Source: Flavobacterium sp. | Lineage (GTDB): Bacteria; Bacteroidota; Bacteroidia; Flavobacteriales; Flavobacteriaceae | Assembly (NCBI RefSeq): GCF_044377315.1 | Contig: NZ_JBILJG010000005.1 | Location: 32,618 to 96,617 of the forward strand | Direction of reading: 5' to 3' | DNA: 64,000 bases | Part shown: positions 29,188-38,670 of the stretch, piece by piece | Layout: the number at the start of each line of letters is the position of its first letter | Numbering within the stretch: position 1 is the first letter of the stretch | Notes under the pieces: generated by a model | What the model saw: the letters and a program-made list of their open reading frames with translations, nothing else | Databases searched by the model: none | Told to the model about the DNA's origin: nothing | Position numbers and translations under genes: made by a program

Positions 29188-29211
29188 TTTTTTTCTAAAA
29201 TTAATACTAAA

Positions 29212-29241
29212 AGACAATCAGCAATGGTTGTCTTTTTTTTT
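29212..29241 (+). terminator. Intrinsic terminator of icd
   Basis: AGACAATC-AGCAAT-GGTTGTCT followed by T9. Confidence 0.8.
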
Positions 29242-29318
29242 ACTTAACTATACATTAACATTCATTATGTAACAAAATTGGCTATTTTTCGTCAAATTTG
29301 CAGTACAAAACCAAAGTC

Positions 29319-31694
29319 ATGATTTTTAAAAAAATTATTCCCTTCATTTTAATTCTATTTATTTCAAATCTGGGATTTTCTCAAGAAAAATTTACGCTTA
29401 GCGGAACCATTTCCGATGCCAGCAGCAACGAAACATTAATTGGTGTAAATATTATTGCCAAAGACACCAAACTCTACGCAACCACCAACGAATATGGGTT
29501 TTACTCGCTAACATTACCCAAAGGTGATTATGAAATTCTAATCAGTTATGTAGGTTTTACAACTATTTCTGAAGCAATTTCTTTGAATCAAAATACCAAA
29601 AGAAATTTTTCACTTCAAGAATCTGGTCAAGAGTTGAAAGAAGTTGTGGTTACTTCAGAAAAGACAAAAGCCAACATTCGTAAACCAGAAATGAGTGTTA
29701 ACAAACTCTCAATTAGCACGATAAAACAAATGCCTGTTGTAATGGGAGAAGTTGATGTTATAAAATCAATTCTGTTTTTGCCAGGTGTTACCAATGCTGG
29801 CGAAGGTCAATCGGGTTTTAATGTTCGTGGTGGTGGTGCCGATCAAAATTTAATTTTGTTAGACGAAGCAACTATTTTCAATTCATCACACGTTTTTGGC
29901 TTCTTCTCGGTTTTTAACCCAGATGCCATCAAAGATTTGAAATTATACAAAGGTGGAATACCTTCTAAATTTGGCGGTCGTGCATCTTCAGTTTTAGATA
30001 TATACCAAAAAGATGGAAACAGTAAAGATTTTCACATCAATGGCGGAATTGGATTAATTACCAGTAGAATTCTTGCCGAAGGTCCAATTGTTAAAGACAA
30101 AGGCTCTTTCCTTGTTGGTGGACGTGGATCTTATGCGCATTTATTTTTGAAACTTTCTGACAATAAAAATACTGCTTATTTTTATGATTTAAATACCAAG
30201 TTAAACTACAAATTAGATAAAAATAATAGCTTATATCTATCAGGCTATTTTGGTCGTGATATTTTTTCACTAAACAAAACGTTTACTAATACTTATGGAA
30301 ATTCAACATTAAATCTGCGTTGGAATCATCTTTTTAATGACAAATTATTTTCAAATTTATCGCTAATTTATAGTGATTATTACTATGGATTAACACTTGA
30401 TTTCATTGGCTTCAATTGGGATTCTGGAATCAAAAATTATAATTTAAAATACGATTTCAAACATTATTTATCCAATGATATAAAACTAAATTATGGTTTC
30501 AATGGAACTTATTACGATTTCAATCCAGGAACCATCGAGCCAATTGACGAAACTTCTAATATAAACTTTAAACAATTAGACAAAAAATACGCTTTTGAAC
30601 CAGCATTATATCTCGAAGCCGAACAAAAACTTACAGACAAATTAGCTTTTAATTATGGCTTACGCTACAGCTTTTTTTACAGATTAGGAAATTCAACTGT
30701 AAACTTATACGAAAATAACCAACCTGTTGTCTATGATGCCGAGACAAAAGTTTATGAGAAAGCTAAACCAATTGGTACTACTTATTTTGGAAAAAACAAA
30801 ACTATTGCCAGTTTCGACAACTTCGAACCACGTTTTTCAGCAGCTTATGAATTGAATGAAAATCAATCGGTGAAAGCTAGTTATAATCGAATGGTACAAT
30901 ACCTTCAACTGGTTTCAAATACGGCTTCTCCTACTCCACTTGATGTTTGGATGCCAAGTGATAATTATATCAAACCTCAAATTGCCGATCAAGTGGCTGT
31001 TGGTTATTTCAATAATTTCAAAGAAGACGTTTATACTGTGGAAGTTGAAAGTTTTTATAAAACAATCAAAAACAGAATGGATTATATTGATGGCGCTAAT
31101 TTGATTGCCAACGAAGCTATTGAACAAGTTATTCTTAACGGAGAAATGCGTTCGTATGGACTTGAATTCATGCTTCGCAAAAACACTGGTAATTTGAGTG
31201 GTTGGATTGCTTATACTTTATCAAAATCGCAACAAAAAACACCAGGAAGAACCGCTGACGAAATCGGAATAAATAATGGAGAATGGTATCGTTCTGCTTA
31301 TGACAAAACTCACAATTTAGCAATAACTGGAAGTTATAAACTGAACGAAAAATGGAATTTTGGAGCCAACTTCACGCTGCAAACTGGTCAACCTGTAACC
31401 TATCCTAACGGGCAATATACTTACCAAGGCATTACTGTTCCAAGTTACGGAATACGAAATAAAAATAGCCTACCAGCCTACCATCATCTAGATGTTGCAG
31501 CAACACTAACACCTAAAAGTAGTAAAACAAAAAAATGGAAAGATGAATGGGTTTTTAGTATTTATAATATCTACAGTCGCAAAAATGCTGCTTCCATAAG
31601 TTTCCGAGAAAATACTGAAACTGGAAACAATGAAGCATCAAGATTATCTATTTTTGGAATTGTTCCTTCCGTTTCTTATAATTTTAAATTCTAA
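29319..31694 (+). CDS. TonB-dependent receptor with an N-terminal carboxypeptidase-regulatory-like domain
   Basis: The track start at 29298 (TTG) lies inside the CAAATTTG promoter-like box, so the ATG at 29319 (MIFKKIIPFILILF) is preferred. It has a CarbopepD_reg-like block (FTLSGTISDASSNETLIGVNI), a plug region, a long barrel, and a terminal ..SYNFKF. Confidence 0.85.
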   Translation: MIFKKIIPFILILFISNLGFSQEKFTLSGTISDASSNETLIGVNIIAKDTKLYATTNEYGFYSLTLPKGDYEILISYVGFTTISEAISLNQNTKRNFSLQESGQELKEVVVTSEKTKANIRKPEMSVNKLSISTIKQMPVVMGEVDVIKSILFLPGVTNAGEGQSGFNVRGGGADQNLILLDEATIFNSSHVFGFFSVFNPDAIKDLKLYKGGIPSKFGGRASSVLDIYQKDGNSKDFHINGGIGLITSRILAEGPIVKDKGSFLVGGRGSYAHLFLKLSDNKNTAYFYDLNTKLNYKLDKNNSLYLSGYFGRDIFSLNKTFTNTYGNSTLNLRWNHLFNDKLFSNLSLIYSDYYYGLTLDFIGFNWDSGIKNYNLKYDFKHYLSNDIKLNYGFNGTYYDFNPGTIEPIDETSNINFKQLDKKYAFEPALYLEAEQKLTDKLAFNYGLRYSFFYRLGNSTVNLYENNQPVVYDAETKVYEKAKPIGTTYFGKNKTIASFDNFEPRFSAAYELNENQSVKASYNRMVQYLQLVSNTASPTPLDVWMPSDNYIKPQIADQVAVGYFNNFKEDVYTVEVESFYKTIKNRMDYIDGANLIANEAIEQVILNGEMRSYGLEFMLRKNTGNLSGWIAYTLSKSQQKTPGRTADEIGINNGEWYRSAYDKTHNLAITGSYKLNEKWNFGANFTLQTGQPVTYPNGQYTYQGITVPSYGIRNKNSLPAYHHLDVAATLTPKSSKTKKWKDEWVFSIYNIYSRKNAASISFRENTETGNNEASRLSIFGIVPSVSYNFKF

Positions 31695-31698
31695 TAGT

Positions 31699-32532
31699 AT
31701 GAAAAATATAAAACTATATATTGTCCTTATTTTAACTTCAATTTCAATACTAAGCTGTGAAGATGTTATCAATGTCGATTTAGATACTGCCAATCCAAAA
31801 CTGGTTATCGATGCTTCGCTAAAATGGCAAAAAGGCGAAACAGGAAATCTTCAAACAATAAAGCTTTCAACTACTACTGATTTTTATTCTAATACAATTC
31901 CACCAGTTACTGGTGCAACGGTTTCTGTTATAAATCTATCTTCAGATATTACTGTAATTTATATTTTTAACGAAACTGCTCCTGGAACTTATGTATGCAC
32001 TAATTTTAATCCAATTATAAACAACGAATACCAACTAACAGTTGTTAATAATGGTGAAACTTACAAAGCAACTTCCAAACTAATGCCGACACCAGTAATC
32101 GAATTTGACAAACAAACCATGATTCCAGGTTTTGGTGGCGATGAAATAGTTGAAGTAAAATTTTATTTTGTTGACAACGGTGACGAAGATAATTTTTACC
32201 TTGTTGGAGCCAAAAACAGTAACATTGTATATACCGAATATAGCGTAATTACAGATGAGTTTTTTCAAGGAAACATGATGTTTGGCGTTTATATTGATGA
32301 TAAATTAAAAGCTGGCGATGTAATCGATTATTCATTACAAGGAATTACCGAAAAATATAGTAATTATATGAACAAACTTTTAAGTATTTCTGGTAGCGGC
32401 GGCGGAGGTCCTTTTTCAACTCCACCGGCAACTCTTCGTGGAAATATTGTAAACCAAAATAATGCAGACAATTATCCACTAGGTTACTTTCACTTATCAG
32501 AAATTGATACAGGCTCTTATACTATTGAGTAG
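31699..32532 (+). CDS. DUF4249-like lipoprotein partner of the TonB-dependent receptor
   Basis: The ATG at 31699 (MKNIKLYIVLILTSISILSCEDV) gives a lipobox. It begins 4 nt after the receptor stop. The upstream in-frame extension to 31630 overlaps the receptor gene. Confidence 0.7.
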   Translation: MKNIKLYIVLILTSISILSCEDVINVDLDTANPKLVIDASLKWQKGETGNLQTIKLSTTTDFYSNTIPPVTGATVSVINLSSDITVIYIFNETAPGTYVCTNFNPIINNEYQLTVVNNGETYKATSKLMPTPVIEFDKQTMIPGFGGDEIVEVKFYFVDNGDEDNFYLVGAKNSNIVYTEYSVITDEFFQGNMMFGVYIDDKLKAGDVIDYSLQGITEKYSNYMNKLLSISGSGGGGPFSTPPATLRGNIVNQNNADNYPLGYFHLSEIDTGSYTIE

Positions 32533-32592
32533 CTAATCAAGCTATTCATTCCAAGAAAACCTTGTTATAAGAAGTTTTCTATATTTCTTCAA

Positions 32593-32671
32593 GAGCTTCC
32601 GTTGGTCGCTTTGAAAAAATAAGAAAAACTAAACTTATGACAAGGTTTTGCTTTCCATTACTATCTCGGCT
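32593..32671 (-). repeat. Possible degenerate copy F of the intergenic palindromic element
   Basis: The reverse complement begins AGCCGAGATAGTAATGGAAAGC (5'-arm consensus) and contains ..AACGGAAGCTCTTG.. (3'-arm-like). A separate 16-bp inverted repeat (AAAACCTTGTTATAAG at 32556-32571, CTTATGACAAGGTTTT at 32634-32649) spans it. Confidence 0.4.
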
Positions 32672-32854
32672 AAAAATTCAAACTTCAAATTATGAAATCG
32701 CCATTAACTACAAGTTTGCGTAAGCAAACACCAATGATTAAAAAGCGATACCAAATGTTACCTCAAAAAAATAAAATTTAAACATTTGAAATCATATAAT
32801 TAAGTTCGTAATTTGCACTCATAAAAAATCTAAAATCACAAATCCTAAATCATA

Positions 32855-33517
32855 ATGTCTTCCCACCACATTGTTCGCGACGACCAAGAACCAGCATTAA
32901 TTATTGCCAATGGTGCTGCATGCAGTTATGAGTTATTAGGACAATTATTAGAATGGTCACCAATTGTGATAGTTCTAGACAACGCAATCGACCGCGTTTT
33001 ACAATTAGACATAAAAATAGATGTTTTACTAGGCGATTTCGATGATAATTTTAATCCAGAACTCTACAAAGAAAAACAGTTTCCACTAGAAATTATACAT
33101 ACACCCAACCAAGACAAAACCGATTTAGAAAAAGCCTTTGACTATTTAATAGAAAAAGGACACAAAGCCGTAAATGTTGTATGGGCAACGGGTAAAAGAG
33201 CCGATCATACTATCACAAATATCACCAATATTGTAAGTTACAGAAATAAATTGAAAATTGTTATTCTAGACGATTACTCAAAAGTGTATTTATTACCAAC
33301 AAAATTTGAAAAATGGTACACTGCAAAAACACCAATTTCTCTTATTCCGATTGGAAAAGTAACAGGAATAACAACCGAAAACTTATTTTACCCATTAAAG
33401 AATGAAGAACTTACAATAGGTTACCGAACTGGTAGTAGCAACCACGTAATAGAAGATGGAATTGTAAAAATCGAACATATAGAAGGTGACTTGCTACTAA
33501 TGGAATGTTGGGATTAA
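32855..33517 (+). CDS. Thiamine diphosphokinase
   Basis: 220 aa with the catalytic-domain motif LLGDFDD, a TPK C-terminal thiamine-binding region, and a typical size. Confidence 0.8.
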   Translation: MSSHHIVRDDQEPALIIANGAACSYELLGQLLEWSPIVIVLDNAIDRVLQLDIKIDVLLGDFDDNFNPELYKEKQFPLEIIHTPNQDKTDLEKAFDYLIEKGHKAVNVVWATGKRADHTITNITNIVSYRNKLKIVILDDYSKVYLLPTKFEKWYTAKTPISLIPIGKVTGITTENLFYPLKNEELTIGYRTGSSNHVIEDGIVKIEHIEGDLLLMECWD

Positions 33518-33529
33518 TTAAATAATAAA

Positions 33530-34903
33530 ATGAACTTATCTACCTATACAAAAGAGTTTTCATACAACCTTAAACTGGCTTATCCAGTTATTCTAGGAAT
33601 GGTTGGCCATACTTTAATAGCAATTGTCGATAATATTATGGTGGGCAAGTTAGGTTCAACTGAACTAGCTGCTGTTTCATTAGGAAACAGTTTAATTTTT
33701 GTAGCTATGTCAATAGGTATCGGATTTTCAACAGCCATAACGCCAATAATTGCCGAAGCGGATGCCGAAAACAAAAAGGGTAAAATACGATTGGTTTTTC
33801 ACAACGGGTTATTTTTATGCACCATTTTAGGTTTTGTACTTTTCGGGTTAGTTGTAATTGCCAAACCAATTATGGAATTGTTACAACAACCAAAAGAAGT
33901 AATAACCTTAGCCAAGCCCTATCTTGATTGGGTTGCTTTTTCGCTTGTTCCTCTTATTATATATCAGGGTTATAAACAATTTGCAGACGGATTATCATTG
34001 ACTAAATATTCGATGTATGCAATTGTATCGGCAAATATTATACATGTCTTTTTTAATTATGTTTTAATATATGGCGTTTGGGGTTTTCCAAAAATGGGAA
34101 TCATCGGTGCCGGTTTAGGAACGGTAATTTCTCGTATAGCTATGGTTGTTTTTATGCACTTTATTTTAGCCAAACAAGAAAAACTAAAAAACTATTTTCA
34201 AGGTTTCAGTTTTAATGAAATCAAAAAAGAAACTATCTCTAAAATTGTCAACCTAGGATTTCCATCTGCAATGCAAATGCTTTTTGAAGTGGTACTTTTT
34301 ACAGCTGCTATTTGGCTTTGTGGAAATATTGGAAAAACAAGTCAAGCCGCTAATCAAATTGCCTTGAGCTTAGCTTCAATGACTTTTATGTTTGCCATGG
34401 GATTAAGCGTTGTAGCCATGATTAGAGTTGGAAATCAAAAAGGAAATCAAGATTATAAAAATTTGGTAATTGTGGCACGTTCAATATTTTTATTAGCTAT
34501 TTTTATCGAAATTATATTTGCCATATTGTTTGTGCTTTTACATAATTCATTGCCCTATATTTTTCTAAATATGGAAAATCAAGCGCAACTTATAGACAAT
34601 AAAGAAGTTATTGCTATTGCTGCCAAGTTATTACTAGTAGCTGCGGTTTTTCAAATTTCAGACGGAATTCAAGTAGTAGTTCTTGGTGCTTTACGTGGTT
34701 TACAAGATGTAAAAATTCCAATGTATATAACTTTTGTAGCCTATTGGGTTATTGGCTTTCCTATTTCATACTATCTTGGCGAACATACATCCTTAAAAGC
34801 TGTTGGTGTTTGGATAGGACTTTTAGCAGGATTATCATTTGCAGCAATTTTTTTGTATATTCGCTTTCACTTTCTAACTAAAAATTTAATTAATACAAAA
34901 TAA
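33530..34903 (+). CDS. MATE family efflux transporter
   Basis: 457 aa with 12 predicted TM helices and a NorM/DinF-like N-terminus (..LAYPVILGMVGHTLIAIVDNIMVGKLGSTELAAVSLGNS). Confidence 0.9.
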   Translation: MNLSTYTKEFSYNLKLAYPVILGMVGHTLIAIVDNIMVGKLGSTELAAVSLGNSLIFVAMSIGIGFSTAITPIIAEADAENKKGKIRLVFHNGLFLCTILGFVLFGLVVIAKPIMELLQQPKEVITLAKPYLDWVAFSLVPLIIYQGYKQFADGLSLTKYSMYAIVSANIIHVFFNYVLIYGVWGFPKMGIIGAGLGTVISRIAMVVFMHFILAKQEKLKNYFQGFSFNEIKKETISKIVNLGFPSAMQMLFEVVLFTAAIWLCGNIGKTSQAANQIALSLASMTFMFAMGLSVVAMIRVGNQKGNQDYKNLVIVARSIFLLAIFIEIIFAILFVLLHNSLPYIFLNMENQAQLIDNKEVIAIAAKLLLVAAVFQISDGIQVVVLGALRGLQDVKIPMYITFVAYWVIGFPISYYLGEHTSLKAVGVWIGLLAGLSFAAIFLYIRFHFLTKNLINTK

Positions 34904-34910
34904 TTTTATC

Positions 34911-35492
34911 ATGATTCAACTTTTAAGAGGTGAGGAATTTAGAAAAATTTTTGTTCCAGAAAGCTTAAAATTAAATTATGCCATTTCTAATTATGGTCGT
35001 CTTGTAAGTTATACTGAAAACACTTTGGAAGGAAAAGAATTAAGAGGAAGTATGCTAGAGGGTTATAAAATATGGAAATATGCCGTATATACAGATGGTA
35101 AACGCAAAACAGTCCATATGTTTATGTACAGACTCGTTGCTATGTATTTCATCGAAAAAGCTCCAGATGATGAAAGACGATTTGTGCTTCATTTAGATTT
35201 TAACAAAGTTAATGACCATGTATCTAACCTAAAATGGGCAAATCAAAAAGAACTAACAGCACATCATAGCAAAAATCCTTTAGTTATTAAAGCTAAGCAA
35301 TTTATAATCGAATATAATAAAAAAGCAGATGGTAGAAAACTAACTTCTACACAAGTTATTCGTATCAAAAAAATGTTAAAACGAGAAGACAACAAAACAC
35401 GATTAACATTAATTGCCAAACAATTCAATATAAGTACACAACAACTTTGGCGCATAAGAACAGGCGAAAACTGGAGCCATCTTCAAGTTTAA
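34911..35492 (+). CDS. NUMOD4/HNH_3-type homing-endonuclease-like protein with a C-terminal HTH
   Basis: 193 aa with a NUMOD4-like N-terminus (EEFRKI..YAISNYGRLVS), an HNH_3-like core (MYRLVAMYFI..HLDFNKVNDHVSNLKWANQKEL), and a C-terminal HTH-like tail (LIAKQFNISTQQLWRIRTGENWSHL). It starts 7 nt after the MATE stop. Confidence 0.65.
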   Translation: MIQLLRGEEFRKIFVPESLKLNYAISNYGRLVSYTENTLEGKELRGSMLEGYKIWKYAVYTDGKRKTVHMFMYRLVAMYFIEKAPDDERRFVLHLDFNKVNDHVSNLKWANQKELTAHHSKNPLVIKAKQFIIEYNKKADGRKLTSTQVIRIKKMLKREDNKTRLTLIAKQFNISTQQLWRIRTGENWSHLQV

Positions 35493-35522
35493 AAATCTTT
35501 CATAACATCAAAAAAAAAAACA

Positions 35523-35750
35523 ATGCAATTACCAAAATTTGTTCTAGGCGATAACACCGATTTTCCTGAAGATATTTTTATCATTCACCTTGATTATCCT
35601 CGTTTTATCATTAATCTAAAAGATGATGAAGTAGAGTTTATGGAAGAAGATGAAGATCTTGACGAAGCCGAACTTAATGCCGAAATGGAAAACTTGATTA
35701 CTCTTGCCAACGAATTTTACGATAGAGAAATTCAACGATATGAAGAATAA
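35523..35750 (+). CDS. Small, highly acidic protein (function unknown)
   Basis: 75 aa with about 24 Asp+Glu against 5 Lys+Arg, including an EEDEDLDEAELNAEMEN tract. Confidence 0.55.
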   Translation: MQLPKFVLGDNTDFPEDIFIIHLDYPRFIINLKDDEVEFMEEDEDLDEAELNAEMENLITLANEFYDREIQRYEE

Positions 35751-35756
35751 TTGGTT

Positions 35757-36569
35757 ATGAATTTTATTAAAACAACGGAGCAATCATCCAAATACGAACA
35801 TTTAGAAAAAATGTCGGTGGCCGAATTATTGCAAAATATCAACAACGAAGACAAAACCGTTCCATTAGCAGTTGAAAAAACCTTGCCTCAAATTGAGCCT
35901 TTGGTTACCAAAATTGTTGAGAAAATGAAATTGGGTGGAAGACTTTTCTATATAGGTGCTGGTACTTCTGGTCGATTAGGAATTGTCGATGCATCAGAAT
36001 GCCCACCAACTTTCGGTGTTCCATTTGATTTAGTAAACGGAATTATAGCTGGTGGCGACAAGGCGATTCGTCGTGCAGTTGAAAACGCCGAAGACAATAC
36101 AACACAAGCTTGGCTCGATCTGCAAGAACAAAACATTTCTTCAACTGATGTTGTAATCGGAATTGCAGCTTCTGGCACAACACCTTATGTTATCAAAGGT
36201 TTGGAAAAATGCAACGAAAATAACATCGTAACTGGTTGTATTACTTGCAACGAAGGAAGTCCATTAGCCTTGGTAGCCAACTTTCCAATAGTAGTTGTTG
36301 TAGGTCCAGAATTTGTTACTGGAAGTTCAAGAATGAAAGCAGGAACTGCTCAAAAGTTGTTGCTAAATATGATTTCAACAACAACCATGATACAACTCGG
36401 AAAAGTAAAAGGCAACAAAATGGTCGATATGCAACTAAGCAACGACAAATTGGTTGATAGAGGCGTAAAAATGATTATGAGCGAAATCACAGTTAGTTAC
36501 GATGAAGCCGCAATACTGCTTTCAAAATATGGAAGCGTTCGAAAAGCTGTAGATAATTATAATTTGTAA
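35757..36569 (+). CDS. murQ: N-acetylmuramic acid 6-phosphate etherase
   Basis: It has a SIS domain (GRLFYIGAGTSGRLG, ..GIAASGTTPYV..) and MurQ-type catalytic-region conservation (GSSRMKAGTAQK). The ATG at 35757 is preferred over the TTG at 35751. Confidence 0.92.
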   Translation: MNFIKTTEQSSKYEHLEKMSVAELLQNINNEDKTVPLAVEKTLPQIEPLVTKIVEKMKLGGRLFYIGAGTSGRLGIVDASECPPTFGVPFDLVNGIIAGGDKAIRRAVENAEDNTTQAWLDLQEQNISSTDVVIGIAASGTTPYVIKGLEKCNENNIVTGCITCNEGSPLALVANFPIVVVVGPEFVTGSSRMKAGTAQKLLLNMISTTTMIQLGKVKGNKMVDMQLSNDKLVDRGVKMIMSEITVSYDEAAILLSKYGSVRKAVDNYNL

Positions 36570-36573
36570 AAAA

Positions 36574-36795
36574 ATGTCAACCAATAGAACTGTTTTATCC
36601 AAAGGAATCAAATATTTAGTTTTTGCTTTACCACTACTTTTTATTGGTCCATCGGTAATTTATAACGCCTTTATCAATAAGCAAAATGTTTGGCATTATC
36701 TTGTTTTAGCAGTCGGAATTTTTCTTTCAGGATTAGCTGTTTATTTTATGTACAAAGGCTTACAAACTATTATGAAAGCATTATTTAATGATTAA
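36574..36795 (+). CDS. Small two-TM membrane protein
   Basis: 73 aa with two hydrophobic helices. It lies 4 nt after murQ and 2 nt before the next gene. Confidence 0.55.
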   Translation: MSTNRTVLSKGIKYLVFALPLLFIGPSVIYNAFINKQNVWHYLVLAVGIFLSGLAVYFMYKGLQTIMKALFND

Positions 36796-36797
36796 TT

Positions 36798-37370
36798 ATG
36801 AACGAGCTTCTATACATCAACACCACTTTTGAAAAAGTAATTCTACTCGACGCCAAGATTACCAATCGCGAATTTGACGGTTGTACGTTCAAAAATTGTG
36901 ATTTTTCTAATGCCAATTTTACCGAAACAACTTTTATAGATTGCGAGTTTATCGATTGCAATTTAGCAATGTCGAAACTCAAAAATGCAAGTCTAAAAAC
37001 GGTAACTTTCAAAAACTGCAAATTACTAGGAATCGCTTTTCACGAATGCACCGATTTTTTATTCAGTGTTCATTTTCAAGATTCTACATTAGATTATGCT
37101 TCGTTTGTCAATAAAAAAATGCCCAAAACCAATTTCATTTCTTGTTCACTAAAAGAAGTAAATTTTATTGGATCCAATTTAGCCAATTCTGTTTTTGATA
37201 ATTGCAATCTTATCAATGCCATTTTTAACGAAAGTGAACTTAAAGAAGTTGATTTTACCACTTCTCATAATTTCAAAATTGATCCCGAATTCAATTCGAT
37301 AAAAAAAGCAAAATTTTCGTTGCAAGGGATACCGAATTTGTTAGACAAATATGATTTAAAAATAGAGTAA
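36798..37370 (+). CDS. Pentapeptide-repeat protein
   Basis: 190 aa with consecutive A(D/N)LxX-type pentapeptides (CTFKNCDFSNANFTETTFIDCEFIDCNLAMSKLKNASLKTVTFKNCKL..). Confidence 0.85.
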   Translation: MNELLYINTTFEKVILLDAKITNREFDGCTFKNCDFSNANFTETTFIDCEFIDCNLAMSKLKNASLKTVTFKNCKLLGIAFHECTDFLFSVHFQDSTLDYASFVNKKMPKTNFISCSLKEVNFIGSNLANSVFDNCNLINAIFNESELKEVDFTTSHNFKIDPEFNSIKKAKFSLQGIPNLLDKYDLKIE

Positions 37371-37393
37371 TTTTAACAATTAATAAAAACTAA

Positions 37394-37768
37394 ATGAAAC
37401 CAATTCTTATCCTATTTTTGCTTACACTTATTTCTTGTATGCCCACTAAAACAGAATGCAATTGTACCGATTTTAAAACAGGTAAATTTGAATTTACTAA
37501 AGAAATTGATGGCAAAAAAATAACTTCAACATTCGAACGAACTGACAAACTTCAAGTTGAAAACTTTCAAGGGAAAACAGATTCTGCTTCGGTAAGATGG
37601 ATTAATGATTGTGAATTTATTTTGCAAAAAATCAATCCTAAAAACAATACAGAAAAAAAAGCTATTAGTATGAAAATTGTTGCCACAAAAGAAAAAACAT
37701 ACACCTTTGAATTCTCGTTTGTAGGCGATGCAAAAAAACAACAAGGTTTTGTAACAAAACTTGACTAA
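37394..37768 (+). CDS. Small lipoprotein (function unknown)
   Basis: 124 aa with a signal peptide and lipobox (LLTLISCMP). Confidence 0.55.
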   Translation: MKPILILFLLTLISCMPTKTECNCTDFKTGKFEFTKEIDGKKITSTFERTDKLQVENFQGKTDSASVRWINDCEFILQKINPKNNTEKKAISMKIVATKEKTYTFEFSFVGDAKKQQGFVTKLD

Positions 37769-37809
37769 CTTACGTTTAACAACATTTACAAACTAAATTT
37801 AAAAACAAA

Positions 37810-38670
37810 ATGCTCGAATTAATTTCAAACCCAAATGCTTGGATAGCTTTATTAACCCTAACTTTTTTAGAAATTATTTTAGGAATCGACAATATCGTTT
37901 TTCTATCAATCGTTTCAGGAAAATTGAAAGCCGAAGATCAACCAAAAGCCAGAAGAATCGGTTTATTGCTAGCAATGGTTTTTAGAATAATACTATTATT
38001 CGGAATTTCATGGGTTTTAAGTTTACAACAAATACTTTTACCAATCAATTGGGGCTTTTTTGAAGCACGAATTACGGGTCAAAGTCTTATTATTTTTGGT
38101 GGTGGATTGTTTTTGTTATATAAATCAGTTTCTGAAATTCATCACAAAATGGAAGGAGAAGAGGAAAGTGCTTCAGGAAAATCGGCTTCAAGTTTATCAA
38201 GTGCCGTTTTTCAAATTGCAATGCTAAACATTGTTTTCTCTTTCGATAGTATTTTGACAGCTATTGGAATGATAAGTATGAAATCGCCCGCAGAAGGTGG
38301 TTTTGGATATGAAGGAGCTATTGAAATTATGATCATCTCAATCGTAATTTCTATCGTTATCATGATGATATTTGCAGGGCCTGTTAGCAAGTTTGTAAAT
38401 GAGCATCCTACTATTCAAATCCTTGGTTTGTCATTCTTAATCTTAATAGGTGTAATGCTTTTAGCTGAAGGTTCTCACTTAGCGCATTTCCGCTTTGGTT
38501 CTGATGTAGAAATACATAGCATTCCAAAAGGATACTTATATTTTGCCATTTTCTTCTCATTATTTGTAGAGTTTTTGAATATCAAAATGCGAAAAAACAG
38601 TAAACCTGTTGTATTGCATAATAACAAATTAGAAGATAAAAAATTGGAAGATTTTGATCTAAATAACTAG
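37810..38670 (+). CDS. TerC family integral membrane protein
   Basis: 286 aa. The N-terminus LLTLTFLEIILGIDNIVFLSIV and the internal repeat FSFDSILTAIGM are TerC hallmarks. Confidence 0.88.
   Translation: MLELISNPNAWIALLTLTFLEIILGIDNIVFLSIVSGKLKAEDQPKARRIGLLLAMVFRIILLFGISWVLSLQQILLPINWGFFEARITGQSLIIFGGGLFLLYKSVSEIHHKMEGEEESASGKSASSLSSAVFQIAMLNIVFSFDSILTAIGMISMKSPAEGGFGYEGAIEIMIISIVISIVIMMIFAGPVSKFVNEHPTIQILGLSFLILIGVMLLAEGSHLAHFRFGSDVEIHSIPKGYLYFAIFFSLFVEFLNIKMRKNSKPVVLHNNKLEDKKLEDFDLNN

Noticed and set aside
29298-29318. Upstream alternative starts offered by the ORF track (29298 TTG, 31630, 38923 GTG, 59264 TTG, 9113 TTG, 35751 TTG, 48355 TTG)
   Set aside because: Each extension either overlaps the preceding gene or lies inside or upstream of the predicted -7 promoter box. 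In each case the downstream ATG yields a proper signal peptide, lipobox or family-typical N-terminus.
32692-32781. 29-codon basic ORF MKSPLTTSLRKQTPMIKKRYQMLPQKNKI in the same spacer
   Set aside because: There is no promoter box or conservation evidence. It contains a GTTTGC-GTAA-GCAAAC hairpin, which points to RNA or DNA structure rather than coding. It is too short to support from sequence alone.
32533-32854. Possible TPP riboswitch upstream of the thiamine diphosphokinase gene
   Set aside because: The 322-nt spacer has no CTGAGA / ACCTGATCTGGATAATGCCAGCG-type conserved TPP aptamer core. It is explained instead by a degenerate repeat-element copy and a 16-bp inverted repeat.
37769-37809. 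Manganese (yybP-ykoY) riboswitch expected upstream of a TerC-family gene
   Set aside because: Only 41 nt separate terC from the preceding gene, which leaves no room for the ~100-nt aptamer, and none of its conserved motifs are visible.
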